A stretch of 64,000 bases of DNA, from NCBI GenBank assembly GCA_002840435.1, contig PHAT01000005.1, positions 36,460 to 100,459 of the forward strand. Direction: 5' to 3'. The position numbers and the translations under genes are program-made. Below the pieces are notes generated by a model that was not told the origin of the DNA, did not search any database, and saw nothing but the letters and a program-made list of their open reading frames with translations. The DNA comes from Deltaproteobacteria bacterium HGW-Deltaproteobacteria-6 (lineage in GTDB: Bacteria > Desulfobacterota > Syntrophia > Syntrophales > Smithellaceae). Positions 59,632-64,000 of the stretch are shown here, in pieces. Each line of letters starts with the position of its first letter. Position 1 is the stretch's first letter.

Positions 59632-59906
59632 TGTTTCATCTTCGATTAGGGTGCGTTTTCAATCAATCCCTGAATTTGATCGCCGCTGGGATGTTCATTC
59701 ATAAGTTTTTTAATCGTCAAGACTGAAAGGAAAGATCCTGGATTTTGAAGAATTGTTACTTTTCAAGTTGTCTTTTGCTTTCCCTAACCCTGCGTTATAC
59801 AGCTCCGCCCTCTGAGTTACGCATGGGCTGCCTACACAGGGTTGAACAACATTCTATTTATGGTGCTTCCAATGCACGATGACCATGTTCAAAAGCAACT
59901 TCCAGA
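59632..59906 (-). promoter_or_regulatory. 275-nt intergenic leader/promoter region for the downstream gene train
   Basis: This is the largest non-coding gap in the minus-strand array. It holds AT-rich stretches and an ops-like GGCGGAGCTGT (minus strand, 59799-59809). No promoter could be mapped. Confidence 0.3.
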
Positions 59907-60284
59907 CTATTTCACCGGAAATTGCTTTGAATTAACTTCCTGCTCCAACTGCCGGATTTCTTCCTCCAGCCTTTCATATTCTGCCAGTTTCAACTTTAGA
60001 AAGCGATAAGTGATCTTTGCTTTTTCTTCGATGCCCCTTGGCGTCAGGTAATACAGGTATGCAATTTTATTATTGGAGTTTTTAAAATTATTTGCTTTGA
60101 CAAAACCCTTTTCAATCATAGCCTTCATTAAAAAATTGATTTTGCCGAGACTTAAGCCCAGGTGAGACGACAGCTCACGCTGTGTCATTTGCGGATTCGT
60201 ATCGATGACCCGCATAAGCATGAGAGACTCTTCCGTATCTATTTTTAATCTCTGATTCATAGTCATGTCCGTCGTGTTCATCAC
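59907..60284 (-). CDS. MarR-like winged-helix transcriptional regulator (EPS-associated type)
   Basis: 125 aa with the wHTH MTQRELSSHLGLSLGKINFLMKAMIEKGFV and a C-terminal coiled coil. It lies within a polysaccharide locus. Confidence 0.65.
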   Translation of the reverse strand: MMNTTDMTMNQRLKIDTEESLMLMRVIDTNPQMTQRELSSHLGLSLGKINFLMKAMIEKGFVKANNFKNSNNKIAYLYYLTPRGIEEKAKITYRFLKLKLAEYERLEEEIRQLEQEVNSKQFPVK

Positions 60285-60378
60285 TTGAACACAGCGGACA
60301 TTATCAAATTATATCACAATGTCAAGGGATAAAAGCGCAACACAATCAGGAGAAATGCCGGTTCCTATTCCGCATCCT

Positions 60379-60924
60379 TCATTTAAAATATTCCGCCTTT
60401 TTGAAGGATACACCATCGCGGTCTTTTGTCGAGAGTACCGGCTGTTGTTCCAACGGCCATTGGATAGCCAGATCCGGGTCGTTCCAGATAATCGTGCGTT
60501 CGTATCGGGGCGCCCAGTAGTCTGTCGTTTTATAGAGAAATTCGGCAAAGTCGGTTAACACCAGAAATCCATGGGCAAAGCCTTCGGGGATCCACAGCTG
60601 GCGGTGATTATCTTCGGAAAGCTCAGTGCTTACCCACCGGCCAAAGTCCGGCGATGACCGGCGAATATCCACCGCGACATCGAACACTTTACCCCTGACA
60701 ACGCGCACCAGTTTGCCCTGGGGTTGCTGAATCTGGTAGTGCAGACCTCGCAGTACATGGCGTTCAGAACGGGAATGATTGTCCTGAACAAAAGTCGTCC
60801 GCAGACCGGTTTTCTCCTGCCAATCTTTCTGGTTGAAGCTTTCAAAGAAAAATCCCCTCGCGTCGCCGAAGACACGCGGTTCTATAATGAGGACATCGGG
60901 AAGATCGGTCTTAATAATATTCAT
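60379..60924 (-). CDS. rmlC: dTDP-4-dehydrorhamnose 3,5-epimerase
   Basis: 181 aa with [18 protein letters not shown] and VFDVAVDIR motifs. Confidence 0.9.
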   Translation of the reverse strand: MNIIKTDLPDVLIIEPRVFGDARGFFFESFNQKDWQEKTGLRTTFVQDNHSRSERHVLRGLHYQIQQPQGKLVRVVRGKVFDVAVDIRRSSPDFGRWVSTELSEDNHRQLWIPEGFAHGFLVLTDFAEFLYKTTDYWAPRYERTIIWNDPDLAIQWPLEQQPVLSTKDRDGVSFKKAEYFK

Positions 60925-61804
60925 GGTACGATTTTTCCTTCAGGATTCTTTCCAGATAATCCCGATAAGACGATTTGGGTGTTTCTTCTATCACCTGTTT
61001 CATCTTCTTCTTATCCACAAATCCCATGCGAAAAGCGATTTCTTCCAGGCAGGCAATTTTCAATCCCTGCCGCGCCTCCAGAGTTCCGATAAAATGACTG
61101 GCCTCTAAAAGGCTGGTGTGCGTGCCTGTATCCAGCCAGGCAATGCCGCGTCCCAGGGGAACCACGTGCAGGCCGCCGCGCCGCAAATATTCCATATTGA
61201 CATCCGTGATTTCCAATTCACCGCGCGCCGACGGCTTCATGGTTTTGGCGATCTGCGTGATGCTTTGATCATAAAGATACAATCCGGGCACGGCGTAATT
61301 GGACTTGGGTTTCGCCGGTTTCTCTTCAATGCTGATGGCTTTCCCCACCGGGTCAAATTCCACAACGCCATAGCGTTCCGGGTCGTTGACGTAATAGCCG
61401 AAAATGACCGCGCCGTTTTGAAATTCTTTGACGATTTTATGAAGTCCCAGATTGCCGTAAAAGATATTGTCTCCCAGGATCAGACAAACGGCATCTCCGG
61501 CAATAAAGTCTTCACCGACCAGAAACGCCTGGGCAATCCCCTTGGGCTCCGGTTGCACTTTATAAGAGAGCTTGATACCCCAGCGGCTGCCGTCGCCCAG
61601 CAGGGCTTCAAAGCGGGGCGTATCCTGCGGCGTGGAAATAATCAGAATTTCACGAATCCCCGCCATCATGAGCGTGGACAGAGGATAGTAAATCATCGGT
61701 TTATCATAAACCGGCTGTAATTGTTTGCTGGCCACCAGCGTCAGCGGATAAAGTCTGCTGCCCGCGCCGCCGGCCAGAATGATGCCTTTTTGAATGCCTG
61801 TCAT
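60911..61804 (-). CDS. rmlA: Glucose-1-phosphate thymidylyltransferase
   Basis: 297 aa with [25 protein letters not shown] and YGVVEFD motifs. Confidence 0.9.
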   Translation of the reverse strand: MTGIQKGIILAGGAGSRLYPLTLVASKQLQPVYDKPMIYYPLSTLMMAGIREILIISTPQDTPRFEALLGDGSRWGIKLSYKVQPEPKGIAQAFLVGEDFIAGDAVCLILGDNIFYGNLGLHKIVKEFQNGAVIFGYYVNDPERYGVVEFDPVGKAISIEEKPAKPKSNYAVPGLYLYDQSITQIAKTMKPSARGELEITDVNMEYLRRGGLHVVPLGRGIAWLDTGTHTSLLEASHFIGTLEARQGLKIACLEEIAFRMGFVDKKKMKQVIEETPKSSYRDYLERILKEKSYHEYY

Positions 61805-61807
61805 CGA

Positions 61808-62890
61808 TTAATCCTTCCCGTACATTTTTTCATAATACTCGCGGTAGCTGCCGTCGGTCACGGAGGCAATCCAGTCTTGATGATCCAGATACCATTCAAC
61901 GGTCTTGCGCATCCCGTCCTTAAAATTTACCCGGGGATTCCATCCGAGCTGCGTGCGGATCTTTGTGGCGTCAATGGCGTAGCGGCGATCATGTCCGGCG
62001 CGGTCTTTGACGTAGGTAACCAGCGTTCTTCTGTTCTTGCCGCCGGACAATAGGCCGACTTTTTCATCCAGAAGATCACAGATCGTGTGGACGATTTCAA
62101 TGTTTTGTTTTTCGCTGTTTCCGCCGATGTTGTAAGTTTCGCCAGCCAGCCCGCGGGCAATGACGGTTAGAATCGCCTCACAATGATCAGCAACATAGAG
62201 CCAATCCCGGACATTTTTGCCGTCGCCGTAAACCGGCAAAGACTTCCCCTGCAGGGCGTTGTTGATGATCAGCGGGATGAGCTTTTCCGGAAACTGGTAG
62301 GGTCCGTAATTGTTGGAACAATTGGTAATCAGCGTCGGCAGGCCATAGGTATGAAAATACGCACTGACCAGATGGTCGGAAGATGCCTTGCTGGCGGAAT
62401 AAGGCGACCGGGGATCATAGGGGGTGGTCTCCTGAAAAGCGCCGGTGTCGCCAAGAGATCCGTAAACCTCATCGGTGCTGACATGCAGAAATCGACAGCC
62501 CTTGTCCGACGGGTTGCCCGAAGAATCGGAGAGCCATGAGTCGCGCGCCGCTTCCAGAAGGTTGAAGGTTCCCATAATATTGGTCTGTACAAATTCAGCC
62601 GGTCCGGTAATGCTGCGATCCACATGAGACTCAGCGGCAAAATGAATGACGGTATCGATCTGTTCGTCGGCAAAGATTTTTCTGACCAAAGCGGCATCGC
62701 CGATATCGCCCTTCACAAAGCGATACCGCGGACTCCTTTCAATATCCGTCAAATTGCCGGGATTGCCGGCGTAAGTCAGCTTGTCCAGATTGGTCAGGTG
62801 ACAATCGGGATAATGCTCCAGCATGTGGCGGACAAAATTTGATCCGATAAAACCGCATCCGCCTGTTATCAGTACTCGCTTCACTATCAA
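61808..62890 (-). CDS. rmlB: dTDP-glucose 4,6-dehydratase
   Basis: 360 aa with [23 protein letters not shown] and [11 protein letters not shown] motifs. Confidence 0.9.
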   Translation of the reverse strand: MIVKRVLITGGCGFIGSNFVRHMLEHYPDCHLTNLDKLTYAGNPGNLTDIERSPRYRFVKGDIGDAALVRKIFADEQIDTVIHFAAESHVDRSITGPAEFVQTNIMGTFNLLEAARDSWLSDSSGNPSDKGCRFLHVSTDEVYGSLGDTGAFQETTPYDPRSPYSASKASSDHLVSAYFHTYGLPTLITNCSNNYGPYQFPEKLIPLIINNALQGKSLPVYGDGKNVRDWLYVADHCEAILTVIARGLAGETYNIGGNSEKQNIEIVHTICDLLDEKVGLLSGGKNRRTLVTYVKDRAGHDRRYAIDATKIRTQLGWNPRVNFKDGMRKTVEWYLDHQDWIASVTDGSYREYYEKMYGKD

Positions 62891-62902
62891 CCTCCTGTAT
62901 CT

Positions 62903-64000
62903 TTAAAGAACGCTATCGTTTTCCTGCGGTGCAAACTCAGGCACAATTTCCTTGAGTTTTGCTTTAATGCTTTTTGCGTCGTGACGCTCCGCCATCTTCA
63001 CCAGTTCATCGATTTCACGATAAAGATTTTCTTTAGCGTCATCGGGATTCGCCGCACCGCTGAAGAGGCTGTCTGAACGCAAAACCATGACTTTTTTATG
63101 CCCGGTAGGCAGAATATCTTCCCCCTCCGTAATCAGCTCTTCATATAACTTTTCACCTTCCCGCAAACCGGTAAAAACAATTTTAATGTCCACATCCGGT
63201 TCTTTACCCGAAAGACGAATTAGATCCCGTGCCATATCGATGATTTTGACGGGGGTTCCCATTTTTAGAATGAAGATTTCACCGCCCTCCCCCATCGTAC
63301 CGGCCTGCAGGATCATTTGCGACGCTTCGGGAATGGTCATGAAGAAACGGTTTACTTCCGGATGCGTGACGGTGACCGGCCCGCCCTGTTCGATCTGACG
63401 GCGGAAAAAAGGAATTACGGACCCGGACGAACCAACCACATTGCCGAATCTTACCGCCATAAACCGGGTGCCATTTCCCTTTTGGCATTGCATAATCAAT
63501 TCCGTCACCCGCTTACTGGCGCCCATGACGTTCGTCGGGCGAACGGCTTTATCGGTCGAAACCAATACAAATCGATCCACGTGGTGCCGCACAGCCGTCT
63601 CCATAATCACACGGCTCCCGATAATATTATTATAAACGGCCTGCCAGGGATTTTTCTCCATCATGGGCACATGCTTATAGGCCGCCGCGTGAAATACAAC
63701 ATCGGGTTTGTACTTCTCAAAAACAGTATTCATCAAAACTTCGTCCTGCACCTGTCCCAAAACGGCTTCACAGCGGCGGCAGTAATTTTCGTTTTGCATT
63801 TCCATCTGAATGCTGAAAAGACTGGACTCACTGGAGTCAATCAAAATCAGATTGCGGGGCTGATATTTGACCACCTGCCGGCAAAGCTCGGAACCGATGG
63901 AGCCGCCGCAGCCGGTAATCAAAATGATTTTGCCGTCAAGATAGCTGCGGATGCCTTCAGTATCAAGTTGGACGGGCGACCGTCCCAGCAGATCCTCGTA
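62903..64000 (-). CDS. Polysaccharide biosynthesis protein CapD/WbpM/PglF-type NDP-GlcNAc 4,6-dehydratase (5' part lies beyond the window)
   Basis: The frame stays open to the window edge (YEDLLGRSPVQLDTEGIRSYLDGKIILITGCGGSIGSEL). VSTDKAVRPTNVMGASKR motif present. The track start at 63922 is an internal Met. Confidence 0.8.
   Translation of the reverse strand, partial: YEDLLGRSPVQLDTEGIRSYLDGKIILITGCGGSIGSELCRQVVKYQPRNLILIDSSESSLFSIQMEMQNENYCRRCEAVLGQVQDEVLMNTVFEKYKPDVVFHAAAYKHVPMMEKNPWQAVYNNIIGSRVIMETAVRHHVDRFVLVSTDKAVRPTNVMGASKRVTELIMQCQKGNGTRFMAVRFGNVVGSSGSVIPFFRRQIEQGGPVTVTHPEVNRFFMTIPEASQMILQAGTMGEGGEIFILKMGTPVKIIDMARDLIRLSGKEPDVDIKIVFTGLREGEKLYEELITEGEDILPTGHKKVMVLRSDSLFSGAANPDDAKENLYREIDELVKMAERHDAKSIKAKLKEIVPEFAPQENDSVL

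Overview
This is a chromosome segment from a diderm (Gram-negative) bacterium, and every gene I can recognise relates to envelope glycans. (1) Plus strand, 1-11469: bamA (3' part)-skp-lpxD-lpxA-lpxB-msbA-lpxK-lpxL-GT9-gmhB-GT9, a lipid A / heptose inner-core operon. fabZ, lpxC and waaA are not in this window. (2) Converging on it on the minus strand, from 11520 to beyond 64000, is one co-directional array of about 51 tightly spaced or overlapping genes spanning about 52.5 kb. I read it as a giant ABC-transporter-dependent (Wzm/Wzt) O-antigen/polysaccharide supercluster. In transcription order it contains: a capD/pglF-like dehydratase (partial); rmlB-rmlA-rmlC; a MarR-type EPS regulator; a sugar-phosphate/NDP-higher-sugar module (FAD oxidoreductase, domain-swapped HldE-like protein, nucleotidyltransferase, GmhA-like isomerase, 2 SDRs, split transketolase, HAD phosphatase, APH-fold kinase); several SAM methyltransferases; an RmlD-like reductase; an MBOAT + AlgJ/X-like O-acetylation pair; a Zn-ADH; a pstSCAB-like transporter; cysD-cysNC (PAPS synthesis); wzm-wzt; amino-sugar tailoring genes (2 DegT aminotransferases, a cupin, a C-methyltransferase); 2 SDRs; a sulfotransferase; two paralogous GT-A-like genes flanking a 746-aa B12/radical-SAM fusion protein; three tandem uncharacterised paralogs with a GT-B/GT9-like C-terminal signature; fnlA/B/C-like UDP-L-FucNAc genes; a WbuB-like GT4; an epimerase; and a small phosphoglycosyl transferase. 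I saw no rRNA, tRNA, CRISPR, transposase or integrase. The best candidates for novelty are: (a) the AT-rich core at 17.6-25.5 kb, holding the three unknown GT-B-like paralogs and the duplicated GT-A genes around the B12-rSAM fusion; (b) a self-contained glycan sulfation system (sulfotransferase + NodPQ-like cysD/cysNC + an embedded atypical pst-like importer); (c) the transketolase-fed NDP-heptose/octose-like pathway with a domain-swapped HldE; (d) a G10 homopolymer inside the fnlB-like gene. All functional calls rest on by-eye motif and architecture recognition; I could not run any database search.
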